DNA of 54,485 nt, taken from positions 1 to 54,485 of the forward strand of contig JAIELV010000001.1 in assembly GCA_019752595.1 (NCBI GenBank). The letters are read 5' to 3'. Of the stretch, positions 1-8,908 are shown piece after piece. The DNA comes from Patescibacteria group bacterium (GTDB taxonomy: Bacteria; Patescibacteriota; Minisyncoccia; Phycocordibacterales; Phycocordibacteraceae). The translations under genes and the position numbers were made by a program. Position 1 is the first letter of the stretch; every line of letters begins with the position of its first letter. Below the pieces are notes generated by a model. The model was not told the origin of the DNA and ran no database searches. It saw only the letters and a list, made by a program, of their open reading frames with translations.

Positions 1-3000
1 GGAGGACTTGCGATTGATGCACTGGGGAATGTCTATAATGCAGCGACTTCGACGTTGGCAACTATTGCAGGGACTCTTAATCTCGCCACACAAGTGACAG
101 GGGATTTGCTGTTCTCGAATCTCACGCAAATCGCCCCAAATTCAATTCTCGGAAACATTTCAGGCAGTACTGGAGATGTGGGAGCGATTGCCACATCTTC
201 ACTCTTTACTGGTTCAAACGGACAAACACTTGCCAGAGTGAACGGTACCTGGATGGGAGTTGCAACTACGACGGCAGGCACTGGGCTGACGTATGACGGA
301 ACAAGCTTCAACGCAAACTGTGTTGCAATTACAGGTTCCGCATCGTTGTGCGACGGAGATGATGCGACAGGAGGGGGCGGAAGCTGGCCGTTTGTAACTT
401 CCGTAACAAACTTTGGAACTTCAACACAATCTACATCAACACCGCTGTGGCTCAGAGGAAACAAGTACTCACTATTCGCTTCCTCGACTTCCGTTTTTGA
501 GTTTGCCTCAACAACGCAATTTACTTCAACAGGTATCACGTACCTCGCAACGGGAGGAGGGATGGTTGGTATCGCAACCAGCACTCCGCTTTCCTCTGCC
601 AAACTCGATCTCTTCGGTAATTTTACCTTCTCTGGTGCAGACAGGTATCTGAATTTCGGTGCAACCTCTACCGATTCGGTCGGTGTGAACGGGTATGGCT
701 TCCGTGATAATGCAGGCACATTGGAGTTCAAGAACTCCGGAGGCACCTGGCAGGGAGTGACGACGGCAACATCCGGGCCGAGTTTTAGCGTGCATCGGAA
801 TAATGTTTCTACCACGAGCGTTGATGGAGCAATAGTTGGTATAGATTGGACCACAGAAAGTTTTGACACGAACAATAATTTTGACCTTTCTTCTGATCGC
901 TTTACTCCTACCGTACCTGGCAAATATGTGGTCAGTGCAAGTGTTAGATGTAACAACTCGGCCGCTGACACCTGTCAGATTTATATTTATAAGAACGGTT
1001 CAGGGGGTGTGCTTATTGCGAGCCAGACAAGTGAAGTCCCCAACGCAACGCAAGGTGCGAGCGTCTCAACGATTGTTGATATGAACGGTACGACTGATTA
1101 TGTAGATGCGTATGTGCGCGTTATTGGTGACACAAATATATCTGGTGCTATCGGCTTTACGATTTTTTCAGGTGCCATGGTCGCTCCGGTAAATTCAAAC
1201 AACGCCGCCGGGTGGACGAATGACGGTTTCGCTTCCTATCTCCTGGATAATGCGGACAACGTGGGCGTCGGCACTTCTTCGCCGTTTGCAAAATTCGCGA
1301 TACAAGGAAATGCGGGTCAAACGAATCCCGTGTTTGAAATTGCTTCGTCTTCAACAGGAACAAAGTTCATATCGGTTGCAGGTAGTTCAGGGATTGTGAC
1401 AATGACGAACGCTTCAACCACCAACATCACATCAGCATACGCATCAACCACTAGTCAGATAATCTCAGGCTCTCTCACACTCGCCAATCTCTCTGGCTTC
1501 CTCAAAGCAACCGCAGGTGTTGTGGCAACCTCACTCATTGATCTCGCAAACGATGTGACCGGCATCCTTGGTGCTACGAACGGCGGCACGGGATGGGCAA
1601 ACTTGCAGGCAAACACTCTTCTCTTAGGAAACGGTACCAACAGAATCAGTACCACCACTGCAGGTACGAACGGGCAGGTACTTGCGTTGGTATCAGGAGT
1701 ACCGACGTGGGTTGCGACAACAACACTCGCTGATATTTCAGGAACTCTTACTGTAAATAAAGGAGGTACTGGCGCAACCACATTTACAAACAACAGACTC
1801 CTCACAGGAAACGGCACATCCGCACTTGTTGATGAAACAAATCTCACCTTTGACGGTTCTCTTCTTGCGGTGACAGGTAATGCGTCAACGACGCAACTCA
1901 CCACAACTGACTCAACATACTTGGCGACATTGGGAGGAAATGTGGGTATCGGAACAACGAGTCCTTACAAAGCACTTTCTGTTCAAGGAGGGGTTTCTAC
2001 GGATTTAGTTGTTCTCTCTACAACAAATACAAGTGGCGCTTCAGTTCGTTTTGATGGTAACGGTACGTATGACGGCAGAGCGTGGAGAATATCTGCAGGA
2101 GGAAGTGCAAACACGATATTCGGAACCAGCCCCGGAACAAAATTTGGCATCATTGACGCAACAGCAAACGCTTCTCGGTTGACGATAGATTCATCAGGTA
2201 GAACGGGTGTTGGTACTACATCTCCGTTCGCTCGTCTTACTGTGTGGGGCGGTGCATCGGAAATTAATCTTTTGGAGGTTGTAAATTCCGCATCCACAAC
2301 AGCGCTCCGCGTATCGGCTTCGGGTTTTGGTACCACCACACTTTCTGGCCTCGCTGTTTCAGGATCTGCAACCTCGACTTCAAATGTAGGTATCGATTTA
2401 TCAAGTGGGTGTTTTGCGATTAACGGTACCTGTGTCGGTGGCAGTTCATTTTCAAACACCATTGCTAACGGAGGAACGGCAACGACGACGTTTTATAACG
2501 GAGGAGTTGTTTTCTACAACTCTACACTCGGCACACTTTCACAAGCGTCAGCTCAGACAGGTCTTTTTTATAACAACACCACATCACGGCTCGGTATCGG
2601 CACCACAACCCCGAACGCGATGCTCGCCATCAGCACGAGCGGGGGCGAGGGACTGTATTTGGATAACCCAAGCGGACAATTTTCGATTATGCGCTATTTG
2701 AATAATGGCGGTATAAAAGCAAGCACGTATTGGGACAATACAGCAAGCAAGCTTGAAAACGCGATTTCAAGCACAGGAAACTTTACCTGGGTTTCAAATG
2801 GAAACGAATGGATGCGTATCGGCACGACAGGCAACGTCGGCATCGGCACAACGACGCCCTTTGCAAAATTCGATGTATATGCGGCGGACGTGAACGGCAT
2901 ACGAAGCATATCAACCGTTACACTTGGCTCTACGTCTGGGGGAGGATTTTTTGCACAAAACAATGCATCTTCTACTGCGGCAGATCAGCGGCTCGGGGGT

Positions 3001-5013
3001 CTCTTTTTCGGAACAAACATTGACGGAACAAGTTATTCATCTGCAGGAATCACTGGTTTCTCGAGCGAAGCGTGGAGTGCGACTGCACGCGGGGCACACT
3101 TGCGTTTTGAGACAGCGGGATTAGGTGTTAGTTCTCGTACGGAACGTATGCGAATAACTGCTGACGGAAATGTCGGTATTGGGACAAGCACTCCCGCATT
3201 CAAATTGCAGATAGCATCCGATTATGTGAACACTGGGGATATCAGCTCAGGTCAGTTTTCGGTAACGGGCGCAACCGACCCGACAAAACGAATCGCTCTC
3301 GGGTATGACACGACAAATAATTATGGATTTTTGAAGGCAGGTCGTGTGGGGATAGGTTGGGATAACATTTCCATTGCTCCGTTTGGGGGCAATGTGGGCG
3401 TCGGCACCACGTCGCCATGGGGACTTCTTTCAATAAATCCAAACGCGCTCGGCGCCAGCGTGCCTTCATTTGTTGTCGGTTCTTCAACTGCAACCAGCCT
3501 TATCGTGACAAACGCGGGTAACGTTGGCATCGGGCAGTTAGCACCAACGCATCGTCTGAACGTTCGTTCTCAGGCTTCAGCAACCAATGTGTTTGTGGTG
3601 AGCGGTGCAACAAGCAACGGTACGTTGGCACGCATCTACGATGATTCAGGCGTGGGCATTCTTTCCGTGTATGCCACCAGTGAAAACGAAACAATCCGTC
3701 TTTATGGCAACGGCAGTAGTTACTTAAACGGCGGCAATGTCGGTATTGGAACGACCTCTCCCGCCTACAAGCTCGATATTGCAGGAAATGTTGGGATGAG
3801 TGCGGGCGCGGGAAGTTCCGCGGCTATTTATCTCCAGGCGCGCAATATCGGGAATATGACACAGTTCGGAACCGAGGCATCTACAGGGAACTCTATTTTG
3901 TCTGGTGGCACCGCGTATGCGTCGATCTTTGGTTCTAACGGCGCATTTCCAGTGCAGTTTGGCACTTCAAATACTGTGCGCTTGACCATCGATTCTGCAG
4001 GTAATGTAGGTATAGGCACTTCAACTCCAGGATTTTTACTCTCTACGTCGGGTGGGAAGGTCGCCTTTAAATCAACCGCGTCTACTACTGCAGCGTTTGC
4101 TGTTGAAAATAACTACGGAAGAAACGTGTTTCAAGTCGATACGCGCGACACTGCGGCTGCTCTCTTTTCTGTATCTACGTCAACAGGGGGTACGTACTTT
4201 ACGATTGCGGCGGCGGGTAACACGGGGGTTGGAACCACAACGCCGTTTAAAGTATTTTCGGTTTCAGGCTCGGGCGCTTGGGACGGTCTCACGGCACTTT
4301 CAGGTACCTCTGGTACGCTGTGTTGGAACACTACAACAAGGGAAATTTTGTCCTCAACAGCTACCTCGTGTAACACCTCTTCGGCGCGTTTTAAAAACAG
4401 TATTGAATCTTTGGGTTCCAGTTCGGGTCTTGCAGAAATTATGAATCTGCGGCCAGTCTCGTTCAAATATAATAACGACGAAAATCCGGATACTACGTAC
4501 ACAGGTTTTATCGCTGAAGAAATCTTTGCTGTTGACCCACGCCTAGTAGTATTTGATCAGGATGGGCTTCCGTACAGCGTCAGATACGAAAACTTAACTG
4601 CTGTATTGGCTCTTGGCATACAGGAGTTGAATCTGAACATCAATACAATCGCGTCTTCCACCGCAAGCACAACTCCCGCTTCACTGAATTTTGCTGAATC
4701 GTTCTTCTCGAATGTGTTTACAAAAATAACGACGTGGCTTGCGGATGCAACAAACGGAATAGGGAAGTTGTTTGCAAACGAAATTCATACGAAACAGATT
4801 TGCGTCGCAAAATCTGACGGTACGGAATTCTGTGCGGATGGCGACACATTGGCGGCGCTTGCTGCATCTGCTGGGGGCCCTCCAACTCCGCCACCGACCC
4901 CTCCGCCAACACCTGAACCCACTCCCGAGCCAGAGCCTGAACCCGAACCAACTCCAGAGCCCGAACCGACGCCAGAATCTGCGCCCGAAGAAACGCCTTC
5001 GCCTACACCCTAA
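1..5013 (+). CDS. Giant tail-fibre-like surface protein, 5'-partial. Contains a C1q/TNF-like module, GNVGIGTTSP-type repeats, a Peptidase_S74 intramolecular-chaperone domain and a Pro/Thr/Glu tail.
   Basis: Frame 1 is open from nt 1; the track M at 55 is a TTG, so the gene very likely continues upstream. The C-terminal region SSARFKNSIESL...LRPVSFKYN...GFIAEEIFAVDP...YENLTAVLALGIQELN matches the endosialidase/tail-fibre chaperone (S74) pattern. Residues around SFSVHRNN...GKYVVSASV...IYKNGS...FSGAMV resemble a C1q/TNF jelly-roll. Confidence 0.85.
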   Translation, partial: GGLAIDALGNVYNAATSTLATIAGTLNLATQVTGDLLFSNLTQIAPNSILGNISGSTGDVGAIATSSLFTGSNGQTLARVNGTWMGVATTTAGTGLTYDGTSFNANCVAITGSASLCDGDDATGGGGSWPFVTSVTNFGTSTQSTSTPLWLRGNKYSLFASSTSVFEFASTTQFTSTGITYLATGGGMVGIATSTPLSSAKLDLFGNFTFSGADRYLNFGATSTDSVGVNGYGFRDNAGTLEFKNSGGTWQGVTTATSGPSFSVHRNNVSTTSVDGAIVGIDWTTESFDTNNNFDLSSDRFTPTVPGKYVVSASVRCNNSAADTCQIYIYKNGSGGVLIASQTSEVPNATQGASVSTIVDMNGTTDYVDAYVRVIGDTNISGAIGFTIFSGAMVAPVNSNNAAGWTNDGFASYLLDNADNVGVGTSSPFAKFAIQGNAGQTNPVFEIASSSTGTKFISVAGSSGIVTMTNASTTNITSAYASTTSQIISGSLTLANLSGFLKATAGVVATSLIDLANDVTGILGATNGGTGWANLQANTLLLGNGTNRISTTTAGTNGQVLALVSGVPTWVATTTLADISGTLTVNKGGTGATTFTNNRLLTGNGTSALVDETNLTFDGSLLAVTGNASTTQLTTTDSTYLATLGGNVGIGTTSPYKALSVQGGVSTDLVVLSTTNTSGASVRFDGNGTYDGRAWRISAGGSANTIFGTSPGTKFGIIDATANASRLTIDSSGRTGVGTTSPFARLTVWGGASEINLLEVVNSASTTALRVSASGFGTTTLSGLAVSGSATSTSNVGIDLSSGCFAINGTCVGGSSFSNTIANGGTATTTFYNGGVVFYNSTLGTLSQASAQTGLFYNNTTSRLGIGTTTPNAMLAISTSGGEGLYLDNPSGQFSIMRYLNNGGIKASTYWDNTASKLENAISSTGNFTWVSNGNEWMRIGTTGNVGIGTTTPFAKFDVYAADVNGIRSISTVTLGSTSGGGFFAQNNASSTAADQRLGGLFFGTNIDGTSYSSAGITGFSSEAWSATARGAHLRFETAGLGVSSRTERMRITADGNVGIGTSTPAFKLQIASDYVNTGDISSGQFSVTGATDPTKRIALGYDTTNNYGFLKAGRVGIGWDNISIAPFGGNVGVGTTSPWGLLSINPNALGASVPSFVVGSSTATSLIVTNAGNVGIGQLAPTHRLNVRSQASATNVFVVSGATSNGTLARIYDDSGVGILSVYATSENETIRLYGNGSSYLNGGNVGIGTTSPAYKLDIAGNVGMSAGAGSSAAIYLQARNIGNMTQFGTEASTGNSILSGGTAYASIFGSNGAFPVQFGTSNTVRLTIDSAGNVGIGTSTPGFLLSTSGGKVAFKSTASTTAAFAVENNYGRNVFQVDTRDTAAALFSVSTSTGGTYFTIAAAGNTGVGTTTPFKVFSVSGSGAWDGLTALSGTSGTLCWNTTTREILSSTATSCNTSSARFKNSIESLGSSSGLAEIMNLRPVSFKYNNDENPDTTYTGFIAEEIFAVDPRLVVFDQDGLPYSVRYENLTAVLALGIQELNLNINTIASSTASTTPASLNFAESFFSNVFTKITTWLADATNGIGKLFANEIHTKQICVAKSDGTEFCADGDTLAALAASAGGPPTPPPTPPPTPEPTPEPEPEPEPTPEPEPTPESAPEETPSPTP
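1255..4250 (+). repeat. Dispersed in-frame repeats encoding G-N-V-G-I/V-G-T-T-S/T-P followed by an amphipathic strand. I read at least 11 copies.
   Basis: Copies seen near nt 1258, 1939, 2200, 2587, 2829, 3166, 3389, 3518, 3733, 4001 and 4216, for example ggcaatgtcggtattggaacgacctctccc. Confidence 0.8.
4876..5010 (+). repeat. Low-complexity Pro/Thr/Glu tail (PPTPPPTPPPTPEPTPEPEPEPEPTPEPEPTPE...)
   Basis: Read directly from the translation and from the cc[a/g]-ac[a/c]-cc / gaa-cc[a/c/g] repeats in the DNA. Confidence 0.9.
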
Positions 5014-5016
5014 TCT

Positions 5017-5841
5017 ATGAAAAAAATCCTAGCGCTCGTTTTACTTTTTTCCTTGTTCCCGCAATCAGTATTCGCCGCCACAGTTGTCTTTCTTACTTCA
5101 GGGACTTCGTATACGATTCCATCCGATTGGACAACCACAAACACTATTGAATGTATTGGTTCAGGGGGAAATGGTCGATCAGGGAGTGTGAGTCAGGCGC
5201 GCGGTGGCGGTGGCGGGGGCGCATATTCTCAGGTTTCTGGTTTAGATTTGTCAGGCTCAATTTCGTACGTAATTGGAGCGGGAGGAAATTTTTCTACGGG
5301 AACATATTTTAACGGCGTCTCAAGTACTTCAGCTTCAATAAGCTGTTCTAGCGGAAGGACCGCTACTCAATTAAATGGTGGAGCAGGTGGCACAACAGCG
5401 AATTCAATTGGAACAATTAAATTTGCAGGTGGGAATGGAGAAGTAGGGATTATCGCGTGTCCTGAAGTGGGCGGTGGCGGTGGCGGAGCAGGCGGGCCTG
5501 GGGGCGCAGGAGAAGCAGGTGTAGGAAGTACAGGAGGCAGAGGCGGTGGCGGTTTTGGGGGTGGTTTTGATGGAGGTAACGGAGCAGAGTGGAATTACGG
5601 CTTTGTAGCAGGTTCTGGGGGTGGGGGTTTCGGGAGTTCTGGTGGCGGTGCCACAGCTGGTGATGGCGGTCTCTATGGCGGTGGCGGTGGCGGAGGAGGG
5701 ACTAATTGCGTGGAGGGCGATCTTTCTGGAGTTGGTACGCAAGGAATTATTGTTATATCGTACTGGCCAACGCTTTCTTCGATGATAAATATTTTAGGAG
5801 GCAGAACCTTGATACAAGGTGGTGCGGTGCGTATTTATTAA
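5017..5841 (+). CDS. Secreted glycine-rich domain protein
   Basis: Signal peptide MKKILALVLLFSLFPQSVFA. The pattern FLTSGTSYTIPSDW..IECIGSGGNG...GGGGGGAYS plus long G-runs resembles glycine-rich domains found beside phage or tail-fibre-like proteins. It starts 3 nt after the stop of the giant gene. Confidence 0.7.
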   Translation: MKKILALVLLFSLFPQSVFAATVVFLTSGTSYTIPSDWTTTNTIECIGSGGNGRSGSVSQARGGGGGGAYSQVSGLDLSGSISYVIGAGGNFSTGTYFNGVSSTSASISCSSGRTATQLNGGAGGTTANSIGTIKFAGGNGEVGIIACPEVGGGGGGAGGPGGAGEAGVGSTGGRGGGGFGGGFDGGNGAEWNYGFVAGSGGGGFGSSGGGATAGDGGLYGGGGGGGGTNCVEGDLSGVGTQGIIVISYWPTLSSMINILGGRTLIQGGAVRIY

Positions 5842-6486
5842 GTGCGTGATATGAGACAAGAAAGTGGCACGAAAGTTTTGATTGCAGGAGCAGTGTCTGC
5901 TGTACTCATCATTGGTTTCATTGCATTTTTTGCTTTTCAAAAAACTCAACCACTTTGGAGTTTGCCTGCGTCACCAGAAGAGTCGGAGAAAGCATACTCC
6001 TATGCTCCGAATCCGAATTCTTCAATAATAAAATTCACCGAAGGGGTGCATAGTTGGTATGTAAACGAAAGGTTGGGTTTTTCTTTCCGACTTCCCGACG
6101 GTTTCAAAGCGCCCGACGGGAAAGTTTCTGGTTCGGATACCCATGTCGTTGAATTATCAAACGGGAAAGGTAACGATCTTCATGTAGTGGTTTTAAAAAT
6201 CAAAGCGGGAGCAGATCAAACGCTGTCCGAAGAGGCTGTCCGAGCGAATACGCCTGAAGAAGCACTTTCAAATTTTAGAAGTGGCGTTTTGCCCGACGGA
6301 ACTTCTGGTTTTGTGTTTGAAACCGACTCAGAAAAGTGGAACGGGGCAGGTGTTGCTTTCTGGTTTAGCAAAGGCGGGTACCTTTTTACACTTTCAACTG
6401 CCAAAAAAGACATGGAACTTTTGGATATGGTCATGGAAACGTGGAATTTTGGTCGCCCCATTCCGCCTCCACCGCCTCAGAATTAG
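5842..6486 (+). CDS. Membrane-anchored hypothetical protein
   Basis: GTG start abuts the previous stop; an alternative ATG lies at 5851. One N-terminal TM helix (LIAGAVSAVLIIGFIAFFAF) and a poly-Pro C-terminus. No family recognised. Confidence 0.6.
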   Translation: MRDMRQESGTKVLIAGAVSAVLIIGFIAFFAFQKTQPLWSLPASPEESEKAYSYAPNPNSSIIKFTEGVHSWYVNERLGFSFRLPDGFKAPDGKVSGSDTHVVELSNGKGNDLHVVVLKIKAGADQTLSEEAVRANTPEEALSNFRSGVLPDGTSGFVFETDSEKWNGAGVAFWFSKGGYLFTLSTAKKDMELLDMVMETWNFGRPIPPPPPQN

Positions 6487-6535
6487 CAGTTTCCACACAT
6501 GGCTTCGTGCGCACCTCGAGTGGTAAACTAGGCGC

Positions 6536-7543
6536 ATGAAAACAATCAACGTCGCAATAAACGGCTTCGGCAGAATCGGCCGAGCCTTTTTTCGGGAGGC
6601 GCACAAAAACCCGAACATCAATATTGTCGCCATTAACGACCTCGGTCCTGTGGACAATCTTGCGTATCTTTTGAAGTACGATTCCGTATACCGTACCGCA
6701 CCTTTTACTGTTGAAGCAAAAGACGGCGCTCTCGTGGTGGACGGCAAAGCGATAAAATTTCTTTCTGAAAAAGAACCAACAGCGCTTCCGTGGAAGGACT
6801 TGGGTGTTGATGTCGTGATTGAATCAACGGGCGTTTTTAACGATTTTGAAAAAGCAAAAGTCCATATCACTGCTGGCGCGAAGCGCGTAGTGATTTCCGC
6901 TCCCGCGAAAGGCGAGGGTGCCACAGTACTGATGGGGCTCAATGAAGACATGCTAAAAACGTGTGAAGTTTCTTCAAACGCATCGTGCACCACGAATTCC
7001 GCCTCTCCCTTGATTACGATTTTAGACGCAACAGTCGGTATTGACTCTGCGCTTTTGAACACCGTACATGCGTACACAGCGTCGCAATTAATTGTTGACG
7101 GTATTTCAAAGAAAGATTGGCGCGGAGGCAGAGCAGGCGCTGCAAACATCATTCCGTCTTCAACAGGTGCTGCGGTAGCAGTGACGAAAGCGTACAAACC
7201 ACTTGAGGGAAAATTTGACGGTATTTCTTTGCGCGTGCCCGTTCCTGTAGGTTCGTGTGCGGATATTACGTTTATCGCGAAGCGCGATACGTCGGCAGAA
7301 GAAGTGAACGACATTTTGAGAAAAGCTGCGAGCGAGGATAAATGGAAAGGACTTTTCAGAGCAAGTGATGAAGAGCTCGTTTCAAGCGACATTATCGGTG
7401 ACACGCACGCGGCGATTGCGGATTTGAAAATGACCCGCGTCGCGAATAAACGACTGGTAAAAGTGCTTTCTTGGTACGACAACGAATACGGCTACACGGG
7501 CTCACTCATTAAACACGTACTGGAGGTTGCGAAGTACTTGTAG
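6536..7543 (+). CDS. gap: Glyceraldehyde-3-phosphate dehydrogenase, type I
   Basis: NGFGRIGR Rossmann start, catalytic SNASCTTN, C-terminal WYDNEYGY. 335 aa is the expected length. Confidence 0.97.
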   Translation: MKTINVAINGFGRIGRAFFREAHKNPNINIVAINDLGPVDNLAYLLKYDSVYRTAPFTVEAKDGALVVDGKAIKFLSEKEPTALPWKDLGVDVVIESTGVFNDFEKAKVHITAGAKRVVISAPAKGEGATVLMGLNEDMLKTCEVSSNASCTTNSASPLITILDATVGIDSALLNTVHAYTASQLIVDGISKKDWRGGRAGAANIIPSSTGAAVAVTKAYKPLEGKFDGISLRVPVPVGSCADITFIAKRDTSAEEVNDILRKAASEDKWKGLFRASDEELVSSDIIGDTHAAIADLKMTRVANKRLVKVLSWYDNEYGYTGSLIKHVLEVAKYL

Positions 7544-7545
7544 GT

Positions 7546-7749
7546 ATGGAAGTTTTTAAAGAAATTTTAAAGAGAAATCCTATTAAGGTTTTGTTTTTTT
7601 TGGGGTTTTTTCTAGTAGCCTCTTATTTTGTGTATGAAAGATATTGGGTTAGAGAATGTACTCAAAAGATAATTAAAATCGAAGGGGGTGCCGAAGAGTA
7701 TTCAACTCTCTTTAAGGTATGTATGGGATTAAGAGGTTTAAAACCCTAA
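7546..7749 (+). CDS. Small membrane protein (67 aa), hypothetical
   Basis: One TM helix (VLFFLGFFLVASYFVY). It fills the gap-rpiB spacer and is visibly more AT-rich than its neighbours. Confidence 0.45.
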   Translation: MEVFKEILKRNPIKVLFFLGFFLVASYFVYERYWVRECTQKIIKIEGGAEEYSTLFKVCMGLRGLKP

Positions 7750-7757
7750 GTTAATTT

Positions 7758-8240
7758 ATGCGAGTAATATTTGCAGCCGACCACGGGGGATTCGCTCTCA
7801 AAGAAGTCTTAAAACCTTTTGTCGCTTCATTAGGATATGAAGTAGAGGATGTGGGCGCGTACACACTCGATATGACGGATGATTACCCGCCTATTATTCA
7901 GGCAGGGGCGAGAAAAGTGGCGGAAGATTTAAAAAATAATCGCGGAATTATTATCGGTGGCTCGGGACAAGGCGAAGCATTTGCGGCAAACCGGATAAAA
8001 GGAATTCGTGCCGTTGTGTACTATGGTGAGCCGAAACGTCCCCAGATAGACGCAGACGGAAGAGCGCTCGATATGATTTCATCAACACGTGAACATAATG
8101 ATTCAAACATACTCTCGCTTGCGGGCAGGTTTCTTTCTGAAGAGGAAGCGAAAGATGCAGTGAAGCGCTGGCTTGAAGCAACATACGAGCCAAGCTCGAG
8201 GCATGAAAAGCGACACAAACTTGTAGACGAAGGCGCATGA
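7758..8240 (+). CDS. rpiB: Ribose-5-phosphate isomerase B (RpiB/LacAB family)
   Basis: MRVIFAADHGGFALKE start and a GGSGQGEAFAANR segment (the Glu-type active-site region seen in actinobacterial RpiB). HNDSNILSLAGR is also present. Confidence 0.85.
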   Translation: MRVIFAADHGGFALKEVLKPFVASLGYEVEDVGAYTLDMTDDYPPIIQAGARKVAEDLKNNRGIIIGGSGQGEAFAANRIKGIRAVVYYGEPKRPQIDADGRALDMISSTREHNDSNILSLAGRFLSEEEAKDAVKRWLEATYEPSSRHEKRHKLVDEGA

Positions 8241-8908
8241 TAGAAGTCATTCCGTCACTCCCTGCGCTTACTTTTGAAGAACTTCGTACGAAAGTTGGGA
8301 TGGTGACAGGTTTGGTGTCTACGTTTCAGATTGATATCTGTGATGGCATGTTTACCCCGCAACGTTCGTGGCCAATGAATCCTGGCGACAAACCTCAATT
8401 TACAGATATTGTGCGCGGAAAAGAAAAACTTCCAAATGCTGGCCAGATTGATTTTGAAGTTCACTTCATGACGCATACGCCAGAAAAACTAATACCTGAT
8501 TGGCTAAAGGCAGGAGCGATGCGTTTTTTGGTGCATGTTGAAGCGCGGCACGATTTCGCGGCATGCCGGAGAGCAGCAGGAGACGGAGAGCTCGGGGTTT
8601 CACTCAATATAGGTACGGATGTTGCGCGCATCGCTGATTACGCCCCCTACATATCGGTCGTTCAACTTATGGGGATTGCAAAAATCGGCGCGCAAGGACA
8701 ACCATTTGACCCGCGCGTTTTAGATATGATTTCAGAAGTAAAGCAGAGGTACCCGAATGTTATAATTGAAGTCGACGGGTCGGTAAATATGGAAACGGCG
8801 CCGTTGCTGGTTAAAGCAGGCGCTACGCGCCTTGCTCCAGGGTCATACGTTTTTCGTTCAGAAAATCCAAAAGCCGCGATTGACGCTTTGAAATCAATTT
8901 CCACATGA
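8237..8908 (+). CDS. rpe: Ribulose-phosphate 3-epimerase family protein (divergent)
   Basis: IDICDGMFTP, EVHFMTHTP and VDGSVN segments match the Rpe TIM-barrel pattern. ATGA overlap with rpiB, and pentose-phosphate genomic context. Confidence 0.7.
   Translation: MIEVIPSLPALTFEELRTKVGMVTGLVSTFQIDICDGMFTPQRSWPMNPGDKPQFTDIVRGKEKLPNAGQIDFEVHFMTHTPEKLIPDWLKAGAMRFLVHVEARHDFAACRRAAGDGELGVSLNIGTDVARIADYAPYISVVQLMGIAKIGAQGQPFDPRVLDMISEVKQRYPNVIIEVDGSVNMETAPLLVKAGATRLAPGSYVFRSENPKAAIDALKSIST

Noticed and set aside
33-971. 312-aa ORF on the minus strand
   Set aside because: It lies entirely antisense to the repeat-rich giant surface-protein gene and has a low-complexity translation with no motifs. It is typical of a shadow ORF in G/T/S-rich coding sequence.
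1-5841. Prophage or phage remnant
   Set aside because: Only the fibre-like and Gly-rich genes have phage flavour. No integrase, terminase, capsid, baseplate or lysis genes are present, no att-like repeats were seen, and gap follows directly. The region upstream of the window is unknown.
6394-7482. 362-aa ORF on the minus strand
   Set aside because: It lies antisense to gap, whose identity is unambiguous. The same reasoning rejects the other long antisense ORFs at 22249-22878, 26799-27317, 27058-27660, 36687-37355 and 49065-49562.
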